Origin: Cetorhinus maximus
Taxonomy: Eukaryota
Length of the DNA stretch: 64,000 nt
Assembly: GCF_964194155.1 (NCBI RefSeq)
Contig: NC_135895.1
Location: forward strand, 51,460,001-51,524,000
Direction: 5' to 3'
In this document: piece by piece, positions 47,830 to 60,600 of the stretch
How the letters are laid out: each line of letters opens with the position of its first letter
Position numbering within the stretch: the stretch's first letter is position 1
Notes under the pieces: generated by a model
What the model was told of the DNA's origin: nothing
Databases searched by the model: none
What the model saw: only the letters and a program-made list of their open reading frames with translations
Program-made: the position numbers and the translations under genes

Positions 47830-50800
47830 TTTGTGACCCATAAATATCTTCAGCTTCTTCAATTTTTCTTATTATACTTTCGATTTTCTCATGCATGTTA
47901 ACGTCTCTTAAACCATTAACTCTATCTTATTTTACACTAAAACATTTTACATACCATTCTCTGTTTTCCTATTGCTTCTCTGCACATGTTTTTCTCCCCC
48001 ATCCCTTTGTTCGGTTGCCTTTTTAAATGCTGTTTATCTGTTTGGCTGCACAGATTCTGACTGCCCCACTGAATATCTGTTTTTGTTGCACATTTCCAGC
48101 ATCTGCAGTTTTTTGCGCGTTGCTTTAATTGAGTATATTTTAATTTTGTCAATACATTTGCAAAAATAGTATTCACCATTAATGTAAGGTGCTGCTAATC
48201 CTTTTACTCCTTTAAATGAATATAAGTGTATCTGTTCCTCTTCAATATGTCTTAAAAGCTTTTGCTCTCACATAGATTTTATTTTATGCAGCATTTCAAA
48301 TCTTCTGGAGTCTGATTTGAAATGACCCAACAAATTCAAATATAACCATTAAGGAATCTTTACGTGTCTGTTTTTCATTCTATCCAATTTTATTTTTTAT
48401 CCCCCGGTATTATTTTAAAGCACAGTATAGTGTATGTATTTATGGGAAAGGGAGGGTAATGCTATGGTTTCAAGATAAAAAATGTTTTTAATTTAATTTA
48501 ACATTATAAGAACTTGAAGATTATTGTAAGATACTAATAACAATTGACACATAACCTTCCCTTACATGAAGGGAAGCTAAAAGTATTTGATGCTTTCTTT
48601 GCTATCAATTATGATTCAGATTTAGGAAAAGTGACAGTTAGGAGGTGTTATATGAAGTGTCGATTGCTCTCCCAGTGAATGAAAATCATGAACCAATCAA
48701 TGTCTTCCAGATATGAAAGACTTTTTTGTATATTGAATATATACTGATTATTGTGGGGGACTTTTTTTTAAGTTTACAATATCCTTGCATCAGGAAATGT
48801 GCCAGAGGAGCATAAAATACTGATTGGGAAATGATTGGAGAAAGAGCAGAAGTTGGCAGCACCTAAAAACTGTTGGATGGATGTGGATTGCTTGTCACCA
48901 CAATGTGAAATCCTAACTCTTACCATGGCATTACGTAGCAATGATGTGACTGAGGCAGTCAAACTGCAGCAAAACTACTTTATGGTTTATAAACATAACA
49001 GCCTTGAAATTTTCTAATCTATACTGCACACTAGATAGGTGTGGGTGTTTCATGTTGTGTTCATTTTGTATGATAATTATGTTGCTTCAAGTGTTCAGTG
49101 TTGATGACCATGTTGACAAAAAAGAATTAATAACTGGTGTAATTACAGCACGTTTATATTAGTGCACTGGGAAATAATAATAGACATAGTTTATTGATTT
49201 GGAGTTTGATATTGATGTGTGTATAATCTTTTATGTATTAGGACTGAATTAATAATTTTGCATTGTTTAACATCAATTTATATTAAAAATTACTTATAAT
49301 CAATACTCCAAGAATTGTTTTTAATGTAGTTATTAAACTACATTATATCCTCTTAATGATATAATATGTTATCATTACTTGATGGCTGTAATGAGTTCAT
49401 GTAGTACATAGTTTTTTGCCAAGCATCTGCAAATCAATCTACATTCCATTCGATGTAAGCTGTGCACACAACTTACTAATAAAACCTATTCTACCTGAAA
49501 TGACAGCCATATGGGGAAAATAGTGGGTGCATGAAGCCCCAAGGTGTCTTTAGCCAGTGCACGTGAAAGGTAGAGTCTGTCCTGTTCTATCACCCAGCAG
49601 CAATGGAACGTTTGTTCCCTCAAGGTAGGGCCTGTTGCCAGTAGCAGGTGTTGGGCTATCCTCTGGGATAGAGGCAGCAGGAATGGGCACTGATGTGTGG
49701 CTGAGACAAGATGCTGCAAATATGCTCTCATGTAGAATGTGACAGCAGCTGCGACAGTGCTGGAAGTCACCATTCTGTCGCCACAAAACCAGATGCTTCC
49801 TTCTTCGGAAAAGGAATTTAAATATTTCTATAAATGTGTGCATGTTTTTATTAAATGATCCCACAGATCCATCAGTTTCCCCTTAAAAAATGTACTAAGG
49901 TATCAATGATGCAATGAACACAATAAATATATAATTTCCCTCCCAACTTGACCTCACACAGGTCTTTTGTTACTGGAATTGCAAGTCTCACATTACAAAG
50001 TGATTTTTTTGCACAAGACTTAGGCATTGGAATAAAAATTATTTGAAGGAGACATTTAAGTAATTATTATGCAGAATAATGCCATTGACAATGATTTCCT
50101 TACAAATACATTTTGAGTTAATTGTTTTTATGTCATTTTCCTTCTGTAGATTCTAGTTATTTCTCACATTAAACTCTAAACCAATAAAATGAGCTGAGAC
50201 AATAAGTGAATGGAATTAGCTCCAATCACAGGGCTGATTATATTTGTGAAGTAGCAGGTAAAAGGTTAGCCCACAACAAGAAAAATGGGATTGGTGAGCT
50301 AGATGTCTCAGCTTATACCCAAAGCAGCAGGACACCCTCTGGTGATACACCTGCTGATAACTGACTAAACTCATCACACGTATGGTAGGCAGGTAAGGAT
50401 GCCAACCTCACCTGGGATCCTAATGTGCAGCAGGACTGATGTGAAGTATGCTGTTATACCATTGTAAAGCTATGATTACAAACTAATAAACCTATTGTGA
50501 GTTCCAATTTCAAAATAATTTCAACATAATTTTAATAAGAAATTATATTAGGTTACTGAAATTACCAAATTTTATAGGATTTGACCAACTTCAATCCTAG
50601 CTTTTGTTTCTCTTTGTTGAGTGCAGCTATTCTAGAAATAAAGGGAGCACCATCATTCATGTAGCATTGCTAGGCAGAGCTTTTTTTTTAAGTTAAGATG
50701 TGAAACAATTACATTGTCCATTTTGTAATTCTGTTATTTACTTTGCAAAATAAGCCATCATCATCACATTGGGTTATTGTACAGGTTCACAAGATAGAAT

Positions 50801-51974
50801 GGTAAGAACTGCACAATTGTAATTCCCTTCCCAAAATGGTAATAATCCGCTTTAACCTTAAATCAAAATGGAAAACGTTAGATGTTTTACATAAAACTTA
50901 TAGCATAAAATAGCTGCCACGGAATTACAAGCCAGTTATTCATCCAAGTAGATTTGATGAATCAAATTAGGGGTAAAAGAAACTGAGTGGTTTACACATA
51001 TCAACAGAATCCTAAATTATTCTTTCAGTTTTCTCCCATTATGCAGTGGTGTATAATAAGTGTTATTTAGAACAGGAGGTATTATGTTACAGATGTGATA
51101 GCATTGCAGTACTTAGTCTCAAAAGTAGGTTATCAGCAAATAAGAGGGCATTCAAAGAAGTCTATAAAATATAACATGAAATAGAGATTCATTCTTTTCC
51201 CTTTTTTATAATGCAGAGCTACCAGTATTTCTACATGCAGTGATTCTGCGGTTTTTATTGTATATTAATAAACCTCACAAGATCTTAATTTGGGGACTCT
51301 TCTAAGATTTTTTTTTGGTTGATTAAATTCAACGTCACTAAAGCCAGTAAAAGGCAGTAGATGATAATGAACTGTTGGTATTTTTCAAAACATCAGATGA
51401 ACCAAATTCAGTATTAAAGGAAAATAATTTTAAGAGCATTTTGAGTAATGCAACTGGGTGGGAACTATGCCAAAACAGTCAGTAACCATATGGCTCAGGG
51501 ACTGTACCAGAACTTGCCATATGGGGGTGGGTGGCATGAAAAGCAGCAGGCCTTTTAAGCATAAATAAAATAATAATAAAAAAACTTACTAAATTATTCA
51601 GGTAAAAATCAATTTAATCTAGTCTAAATATCAATTTATTCTTGTAATTATTTTGACAGACTTAAATTTTCTGTAGGCAAGTACATCACTTTATTGATTA
51701 AGGATACTCCTATTAAGAATAGTAACTGTTCCTGGATAGTTATTTATCTTAAAATGAAAACCTTCTCAAACCAGAACGATCCTACAGTTGTGGTCAGATG
51801 AAGAAACAATAATCCAAGCCCCTATTAAAATCTGTGTACTAGTAACATTTACCAATCTAGTCAGGTATATTTTTATACCCAGTGGTACAAGTTTGACACA
51901 GTTAATTTATCAGTTTGATAAGGTGAAAATCTACAGCAGTGAATCATTTAGTAATCACAAGTGCTAGGATAATT

Positions 51975-53623
51975 ACAACAACAACTTACATCAATATAGT
52001 GCCTTTCATGCAGTAAACCACCCCAAGGCACTTCAAAGGAGCACTTCCAAACAAAATCACACACACTGAGCCACATAAGGAAATATTAGGCAGAAGATTA
52101 AAAACTTAGGGCAGAATATTACACTTGGTGTGCAGGTGTGCATCCCAATGTTATCGCGCAGTCTCGTGATATTTCGTTTGGCATGCGCGCGCCGGAGTCG
52201 GCTGAGGGCCCACCAATAATTAAAAGGCCTATCAAGGCCATTAACAATCTAATTAAATTCACATTTACGCTGCCCGTCCAACCTAATGGTCAGCAGGCAG
52301 GCGAAAAGGCCAAGCGGCCTTTATGTTTTTTAGGAAAGCTCATCCACAAGCGGGATGAGGTTTCCTAAAGCAAATAAACATTAAGTAAAAATTTTATTTT
52401 TGAATTAAAAACATGTCCTAGATCATGTGACAGAGCCACATGAGGGGACATGTTTTATTAAATTTTTATTCTCTTCATTATTTTTTTTTACACAGCGCTT
52501 CAATCTCCTTGAGGCAGCTCTGTGCCTCAGGGAGACTGAAGCACTCTTACTCGCGCATGTGCAAACTGTGAGCTAGGCCCAGCTTTCCCTCCTCCCCCCA
52601 CCCGCACAGGCAGCACTCAGCACTGCTGCTCATGATCCATGCAGGGCGGGCCTTAATTGGCCCGCCTGCATGAAATCGCGGTGCGGAGTTGATCGCGGGC
52701 AGCAGTCAGCTTCCCGACCGCCCCCACCGAGCACCTTCGCCAAGGGCAAAATCCTGCCCTTGATCAAAGAGGTAGGTTTTATGCAACATCTTAAAGGAAG
52801 AAAGAGAGGTGGAGAGGTGCAGAGAAGGATTTTCAGAGTTTAGGGCTTAGACGACTGAAGGAATGACCACCAACAGTGGAGCGATTAAAATCAGGGATGC
52901 TCCAGAGGCCAGATTTGGAGAAGCGCAAATATCTCAGGGGGTTTTAGGGCTGGAGGTGATTACAGAAATTGGGAGGGATGTGGCTATGGAGGAATTGACT
53001 GGAAGCTAGTGTAGATTCATAAGCCCTGGCAAGTTGGAACATGGGCAACAGGGTTTTGGATGACCTCAAGCTATGGAGGATAGAACTTAGGAGGCCGGAC
53101 AGGGGTACATTGGAATAGTCCAGTCTTGAGGTAACAAAGGCATGGGTGAAGGTTTCAGCATCAAATGAGCTGTGACTGAGACAGAGAGGAAGACAGGTGA
53201 TGTTATGGAGGTACAAGTAGACAATCTTGATAATGGCATGGATATGTCATCTGAAGCTCATCTCAAGGTCAACACTAAAGATACAAACAGTCTGTTTTAG
53301 CCTCAAACAGTTGCCAGGGAGAGGGCTGGAGTTGGTAGCTCGGAAATGGAATGTGTGGCAGGGACTGAAGACAATGGCTTGGATCTTCCCAATATTTAAT
53401 TGGAGGAAATTTCTGCTCAGCTAATACTGGATATCAGGCAAGTAGCCTGGTAATTTAGAGACAGCAGAGGAGTTGATGGTGAGGTTGATCTGGGTGTTGC
53501 TAGCGTATGTGTGGAAACTGTTGCTCTGTTTTCAGATAATGTCACTGAGGGGCAGCATGTAGATGAGAAATAGGAGGGACCAATGGCTAGATCCTTGGTG
53601 GGGCAGTGCAGTGCAGAGATAAT
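51975..53623 (-). mobile_element. L2 LINE 3' part, interrupted by a MITE
   Basis: Reads DAETFTHAFVTSRLDYSN..LSGL, with an L2 tail (acaacaacaacttacat..atagtgccttt). L2-like sequence continues at 54290-54570. Confidence 0.85.
52109..52759. mobile_element. Harbinger-type MITE (family of 9913-10573)
   Basis: TIRs GGGCAGAATATT / AAAATCCTGCCC, TSD TTA/TTG. Shares internal blocks with 9913-10573 (ctgcccgtccaacct, ctcatccac..gcgggatgaggtttc). Confidence 0.88.
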
Positions 53624-54289
53624 GGGCAGAATTTTACTTGCCTTCGGCGGGTGCGCGCCTGACCCAATTGGGCGTAAAATTGCGCAAGAAGACGTCGGGC
53701 GAGCGTCCCCAACATCGTCGCGCGATATTTTGCTCGGCGGGCATGTGCAAAAGTCAGGAAGCACACCCACCTACAATTAAGAGGGCAATTAAACCCATTA
53801 ATGGTGCAATTGCCTGATTTTTCTTGGCCCATCCAACCTTATGGTTGGTGAATGGATGCATAGGCCAGGCGGGCTTTGCATTTTTCATCAAGTCTCATCC
53901 AAGGGTGGGATGAAATTTCCATTATGAAACAAAATAAAAATAAATATCTGTGCATTTTTATCAACTATATTTTCAGGTGCTTGATTGTGATGCATGGACA
54001 TTTTATTGCAGCATTTTAAACCTTTATTTGATCGTTTGCAGGTCTGCAGCTCCCTGAGGCAGCTGTCTGCCTTCAGGGGGCTCTCTCGCAGTGCTCACCC
54101 GTGCCTGTGAAAATGTCATCATCCGCCCCTTCCCTGCCCCCACCCGGGCAGTGCTGAGCTTTTTAGCATGCGTTTCACGCTGGCTGGCTGGTAATGGCTG
54201 ACCAGCATGAAATCGCGGTCAGGGGCTCGTTTCCCGACTGCTCCTGGGCCCGCCGATCATGTGCGCCCACCAAAGGTAACGTTCAGACC
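53624..54289. mobile_element. Harbinger-type MITE (related subfamily)
   Basis: Starts GGGCAGAATTTTAC, with a degenerate right end and flanks AAT/GAT. Same internal blocks as 52109-52759. Confidence 0.8.
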
Positions 54290-54574
54290 GATGGTACGGC
54301 AGCAGGAGGTAAATCCATATCACATGATTATTAGATCCTTCGAGTCAGGCAAGTGCAGTTCCACCCCTTTGGACAATGGTAATGATGCATTGACAAAACA
54401 TGGTGAGGTCAACAAGGTCAAGGCTGCAAACAGGTCAAGAAGGACAAGGTGGGAAAGTTTACCTTTGTCACAATCAGATAGAATGTCATTTCTGATTTCA
54501 GTAAAAACTGTTTCGGTACTGTAGCAGTGGCAAAAATCTGCTGGAGGGATTGAAACATGGATTTCCAGGAACAG

Positions 54575-56246
54575 AAGGGGGCAGAATCTTCAGCCAAAAG
54601 GGCCGAGTGGATGAACCATCTCAGCCTCCTCCTGAGTTTCCCAGCATTACAGATGCCAGTCTTCAGCCAAATCGATTCACTACACATGAGATCAAGAAAC
54701 GGCTAAAGGCACTGGATGCTGCAAAGGCTATGGGCCCTGACAACATTCCGACAATAGTGCTGAAGACTTGTGCTCCAGAGCTAGCCGTGCCCTTAATCAA
54801 GCTGTGCCAGTACAGCTACAACACTGGCATCTACCTGGTAATGAGGAAAATTGCCCAAGTATGTCCTGTCCATAAAAAGCAGGACAAATCCAACCTGGCC
54901 AATTGCCGCCCCATCACTCTACTCTTGATTATTAGCAAAGTGATGGAAAGTGTAGTTGACAGTGCTATCAAAGACACTTACCCAGCAATAACCTGTTCAC
55001 TAATGCTCAGTTTGGGTTCCGCCAAGAATGTTTAGCTCCTGACCTCATTACAACCTTGGTCCAAACATGGACAAAAGAGCTGAACTCAAGACATGAGGTT
55101 AGAGTGATTGCCCTTGAATGCAAGGCAGCATTTGACTGAGTGTGGCATCAAGGAGCCCTAGCAAAACTGGAGTCAATGGGAATCAGGGGGTAAACTCTCT
55201 GCTGTTTGGAATCATACCTAGCATAAAGGAAGATAGTTGTTGTTGTTAGAGGTCAATTGTCTTAGACCCAGGACATCACTGCAGGTGTTCCTCAGGGTAG
55301 TCAAGGTAGTGTCCTAGGCCCAAACATCTTTAGCTGGTTCATAAATGACCTTCCTTCCATCATAAGATCAGAAGTGGGGATGTTCGCTTATGATTGCACA
55401 ATGATCAGCATCATTCGCAACTCCTCAGATACTGAAGCAGTTTGTATCCATATGCAGCAAGTCCTGGAAAATATTCAGGCTTGGTATGATAAGTGGCAAG
55501 TAACATTCGCGCCACACAAGGGTCGGGCAATCTCCAACAAGAGAGAACCTAAACATCACCCCTTGACATTCAATGGCATTACTATCACTGAATCCCCCTC
55601 GATCAACATCTTGGGGGTTACCATTGGCCAGAAACTGAACTGGACCAGCCATATAAATACTGTGGCTACAAGAACAGGTCAGAGGCTAGGAATCGTGCAA
55701 CGAGTAACTCACCTCCTGACTCCCCAAAGCCTGTCCACCATCTACAAGGCACAGATCAGGAGTGTGATGGAATACTCTTCATTTGCCTGGATGAGTGCAG
55801 CCCCAACAACAGTCAAGGAGCTGAACACCTTCCAAGACAAAGCAGCCCGCTTGATTGGCACCCAATCCACAAACATTCGCTCCCTCCACCACCGATGCAC
55901 AGTGGCAACAGTGTATACCATCTACAAGATGCCTCAGAAACTCACCAAGGTTCCATCGACAGCACCTTACAAACCCACGACCTCTACCATCCAAGAAGGA
56001 CAAGGGCAGCAGATACATGTGAACTCCACCACCTGGAAGTTTCCCTCCAAGTCTCTCACCATCCTGACTTGGAAATAACTTGCTGTACCTTCATTGCTGG
56101 GTCAAAAACACTGTGGGTGTACCTACACCACATGGACTGCAGCTGTTCAAGAGGCAGCTCACTAGCACCTTCTCAAAGGCAATTAGGGATGGGCAATAAT
56201 TGCTGGTCCATCCATCGATGCCCACATTCCAGAATGAATAAACAAA
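54575..56246 (+). mobile_element. LINE-A, 5'-truncated RT and 3' tail
   Basis: Reads KAMGPDNIPTIVLKTCAPELAVPL...DKSNLANCRPITLL, MFAYDCT (decayed FADD) and IYKAQIRSVMEYS. Tail at 56175-56246. Confidence 0.93.
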
Positions 56247-56419
56247 AGAATCCGAATAGAGAAAATATTTTAATAAAATCTGCTAACATGAGAGCCAGGA
56301 AGGGAAGTTGGGTGGTTAGCAGTTTAGTGGGAATAAGCTTGAGAAAGCAAACCCTGGGTTTTATGGAGAAGATGAGCTTGGAGAAGGCATGTGGGGAGAT
56401 AGGAAAGAAATTAGAGAAA

Positions 56420-56985
56420 GAAACATAGAAACTAAGAGCAGGAGTAGGCCATTCAGCCCTTCGAGCCTGCTCCGCCATACAATATGATTATGGCTGATCC
56501 TCTATCTAAACGCTATATTCCGCTTTCTCTCCATACCCCTTGATGTCCCGAATATCCAAATAATTATCAATTTCTTTCTTGAATATACTCAGTGACCCGG
56601 CCTCCACAGTCCTCAGTGGTAGAGAATTCCACAGGTTGACCACCCTCTGAGTGAAGTAATGTTTCCTCATCTCAGTCCTAAATGGCCTGCCCCGTATCCT
56701 GAGGCTGTGGCCCTTGGTTCTAGACTCCCCAGAGGAAACATCCTCCCTGCATCTAGTCTGTCTATCTCTGTTAGAATTTTTTACTTTTCAATCAAATCCC
56801 CTCTCATTCTTCTAAACTCTAGTGAATACAGGCCCAGTTGAACCAATCTCTCCTCAAACGACAGTCCTGCCATCCCCAGTATCAGCCTAATGAACCTTCA
56901 CTGCACTCCTCCTATGGCAAGCATATCTTTTCTTAGGTAGGGAGACCAAAACTACATGCAATACTCCAGGTGTGGTCTCACCAAG
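56420..56985 (-). mobile_element. CR1 LINE 3' fragment
   Basis: gaaacatagaaac tail, ggagtaggccattcagcccttcgagcctgc 3' UTR, and the RPHLEYC-encoding end at ~56960. Confidence 0.88.
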
Positions 56986-56989
56986 GTGT

Positions 56990-57655
56990 AAAATAGGACA
57001 AGGGGCACCTTAAAGTAAGTGTGATCTGGTGGGTTAGTGGAAGGGAGGAAATAGGAGAGGCAGCTGATTGGATACTTTTAAACTTGGTGATATAAAAGCC
57101 CATGAGCTCCTTGCACTTGTTGGAGATGAGGGAGGAAGCTGGAAGAGTGAACAATTTTAACAGATGATAGCAGGACTCGACTGTTTTATGTGGCGCAGCC
57201 AGATCTGGCAGTGAATGGCTAAACGGCTGCTTGCTGTATCTATTCAAGTCTGCATCCCTTGGACATAAGAGAGCGGTCATGAGGGTTGTACTGGGGGGAA
57301 TGAACAGGGTGAAAGAGAGTAATGCTTTTAATAGGGACCATAGCATGAAATAGGGAGGTTAGGATGTGGTTGAGCAGATTGATAACTCCAGAAATGTCTT
57401 GGTGAATGGAACGCCAACAGCTGGACAATAGATAGGAATTTTCAACATGTAAGTAAATAGGGAGAGAGTGGCAGACAGTGAAGAAAGAAGAATTGGGATG
57501 TGGAAAGGGGTGTGGTTGCAGAGTGATACAAGGAAATGATCAGAGATGACAAGATCTGTGATTGACACAATGCACTAGTGAAGGCAAATGAGGTGGCAAA
57601 GTCAAGGGGGAGGCTGGGAATTTGGGTTCAGGAGTTTATAATTGCAGAGGATGGG
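56990..57655 (-). mobile_element. L2-like LINE endonuclease-region remnant
   Basis: SITDLVISDHFLVSL (EEP SDH motif) and CKELMGFYITKFKSI, which resemble L2 ORF2. Confidence 0.6.
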
Positions 57656-57663
57656 AAGCTTGC

Positions 57664-60600
57664 CTCCAGCAATGAGAACTCTGCACCCTTCCAACAATGA
57701 TAACTCAGTTCCGCCCAACGCTGAGAGCCCTGCTCCTTTCCAACACTGAGAATACTGCTCCTCTGCAACACTGACAAATCTGCTCCTATCCAACACTGAG
57801 GACTCTGCTGCCCCTGAAACTGAGAACTCTGCTTCTCTCCAACGCTGAGAACTCTGCTCCTATCCAACACTGAGGACTCTGCTGCCCCTGAAACTGAGAA
57901 CTCTGCTCCCTTCCAACGCTGAGAACTCTGCTTCACTCCAACACTCAGAGTTCTGTCTCTCTCCAACACTGAAAACTCTGCTCACCTGCAAAACTGAGAG
58001 CTCTGCTCCCCCCAACATTGAGAACTCTGCTCCCTCCAACACTGAGAACTCTGCTCCCCTCCAACACTGAGAACTCTGCTCCCCTCCAACACTGAGAACT
58101 CTGCTACCTTCCAATAATGAGAACTCTGCTCCCATCCAACGCTGAGAACTCTGCTCCACTCCAACACTGAGAATTCTGTCTCTCTCCGACACTAAAAACT
58201 CTGCTCACTTCCAACACTGGCAACTCTGCTCCACTCCAACACTGAGATGTTGTACACCTCCAACACTGAGGGCTTTGTAATCTTCCAACATTCAGAACTC
58301 CAATCCTCTGCAACATTAAAAACACTGTTCCTCTCCAAAACTGAGAGCTCTGCTCCCCTGCAACACTGAGAATTCTGCTTCTCTCCAACACTGAGAACTC
58401 TGCTTCTCTTCTACACGGAGAAATCTGCTCCCATCTAACACTGAGAATTCTGCACCCCTTCAACACTGAGAACTCTGCTCCCTTCCAATATTGAAATCTC
58501 TAATTCTCTCCAACACTGAGAATTCTGCTCCTCTCCAACACTGAGAACCCTGCTCCCTCCAACATTGAAATCTCTAATTCTCTCCAACACTGAGAATTCT
58601 GCTCCTCTCCAATGTGGAGAACTCTGCTCCCATCCAACACTGAGAACTCTGCTCCACTCCAACACTGAGAATTCTGTCTCTCTCCAACACTAAAAGCTCT
58701 GCTCACTTCCAACACTGGCAACTCTGCTCCGCTCCAACACTGAGAATGTTGCACACCTCCAACACTGAGGACTTTGTTCTCTTCCAACATTCAGAACTCC
58801 AATCCTCTGCAACATTAAAAACACTGTTCCTCTCCAAAAATGAGACTTCTGCTCCCCTCCAACCCTGATAACTCTGCTCTCCTCCAACACTAAAAACTCT
58901 GCTGCCCTCAAAGACCAAGAACTCTGCTTCTGTCCCACACTGAGAACTCTGCCTCTCTCCAACACTGAGAACTCTGCTCAACTACAACACTGAGAACGTT
59001 GCTTCTCTCCAGCCCTGAGAACACTGCTTCTCTCAAACACCAAGAACTCTGCTCCCTTCCAACACTGACAATGCTGCTTCCCTCAAACACTGAGAAATGT
59101 GCTCCGCTCTAATGCTGAGATCTCTTCTCCTTCCAATACTGAGAATGCTGCTCCCCTCCAAGGCTGAAAAATCTGCTCTGATCTAACACTGAGAATTCTG
59201 CTCCCCTCCTTCACTTAGAACTCTGCTCTCATCCAACACTGAGAACTCTGCTCCCCTCCAACACTGAGAACTCTGATCCCCTCCAACACTGAGAACTCAG
59301 CTTCTCTCCAACACTGAGAACTCTGCTCCCCTCCAACACTGAGAACTCAGCTTCTCTCCAACACTGAGAACTCAGCTTCTCTCCGACACTGAGAACTCTG
59401 CTCCCCTCCAACACTGAGAACTCAGCTTCTCTTCAACACTGAGAATTCTGCTCCCCTCCAACACTGAGAACTCAGCTTCTCTCCAACACTGAGAACTCTG
59501 CTCCCCTCCAACACTGAGAACTCAGCTTCTCTCCAACACTGAGAACTCTGCTCCCATCCAACACTGAGAACTCTGCTCCCCTCCGACACTGAGAACTCTG
59601 CTCCCCTCCAACTCTGAGAACTCTGCTCCCCTCCAACACTGAGAACTCTGCTCCCTCCAACACTGAGTACTCTGCTTCCCTCCCCCACTGAAAAGTCTGC
59701 TTCCCTTCAACACTGAGAACTCTGCTCCCATCAAACATTAGGACTCTGCTTATCTCCAATACTGAGAATTCTGCTTCTCTCTAACATTGTGAACTCTGCT
59801 TCCATCCAACACTGGGAACTCTGCTCCCCTTCAACACCCAGAACTCAGGTTCTTTCCAACACTCAGAACTCAGCTTCTCTCCAACATTGAGAAACTCAAC
59901 CTCTCTCCAAGGCTGGGAACTCTGCTGCTCTGCAACACCGAGAACTCTGCTCCCCTCCAACCCTGAGAAAGCAGCTCCCTTTCAACACTGAGAACACTAC
60001 TCCCCTCGAACACTGCAAATTGTGCTTTTGTGCAGAACTGAGAACTCTGCTTCTGTCCAACACTGACACCTCAGCTTCTCTCCAACACAGAACTGTGGTC
60101 CCCTCCAAGACTGAAAACTCTGCTCCCCTCCAACACTGAGAACTCTCCTCTTGGCCAACTCTGGGAACTCTGATCCTCTCCAACACTGAGAACTCTACAC
60201 CCCTCTAACACGAAGAACTCTGCTTCTCTCCTACACTGGAAACTCTACTTCTCTCCAACATTGAGAAAACTGCACCGCTCCAAACATGGGATCTCTGTTT
60301 CTCTCAAACACTGAAATCGCAGCTTCTCTCCAAGAATGAGAACTCTGCTTCTCTCGAACACTCAGAACTTAGCTTCTCTCCAACACTGAGAACTCTGCTT
60401 CTCTCCGACACTCAGAACTCAGCTTCTCTGCAACACTGAGAACTCTGCTTTTGTCCAACACTGAGAACTCTGCTTCGCTCAAACACTGGGAACTCTGCTT
60501 CTCTCCTACATCGAAAACTCTGCTTCTCTGCAACACTGAGAACTCTTCACCCTTCCCACACTGTGAAATCTGTTTCTCTCCAACACTGAGAACCCTGTTT

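Noticed and set aside
54550-56078. 161-aa and 234-aa ORFs as host genes
   Set aside because: They are LINE-A RT fragments with a decayed catalytic motif (FAYD) and frameshifts between them.
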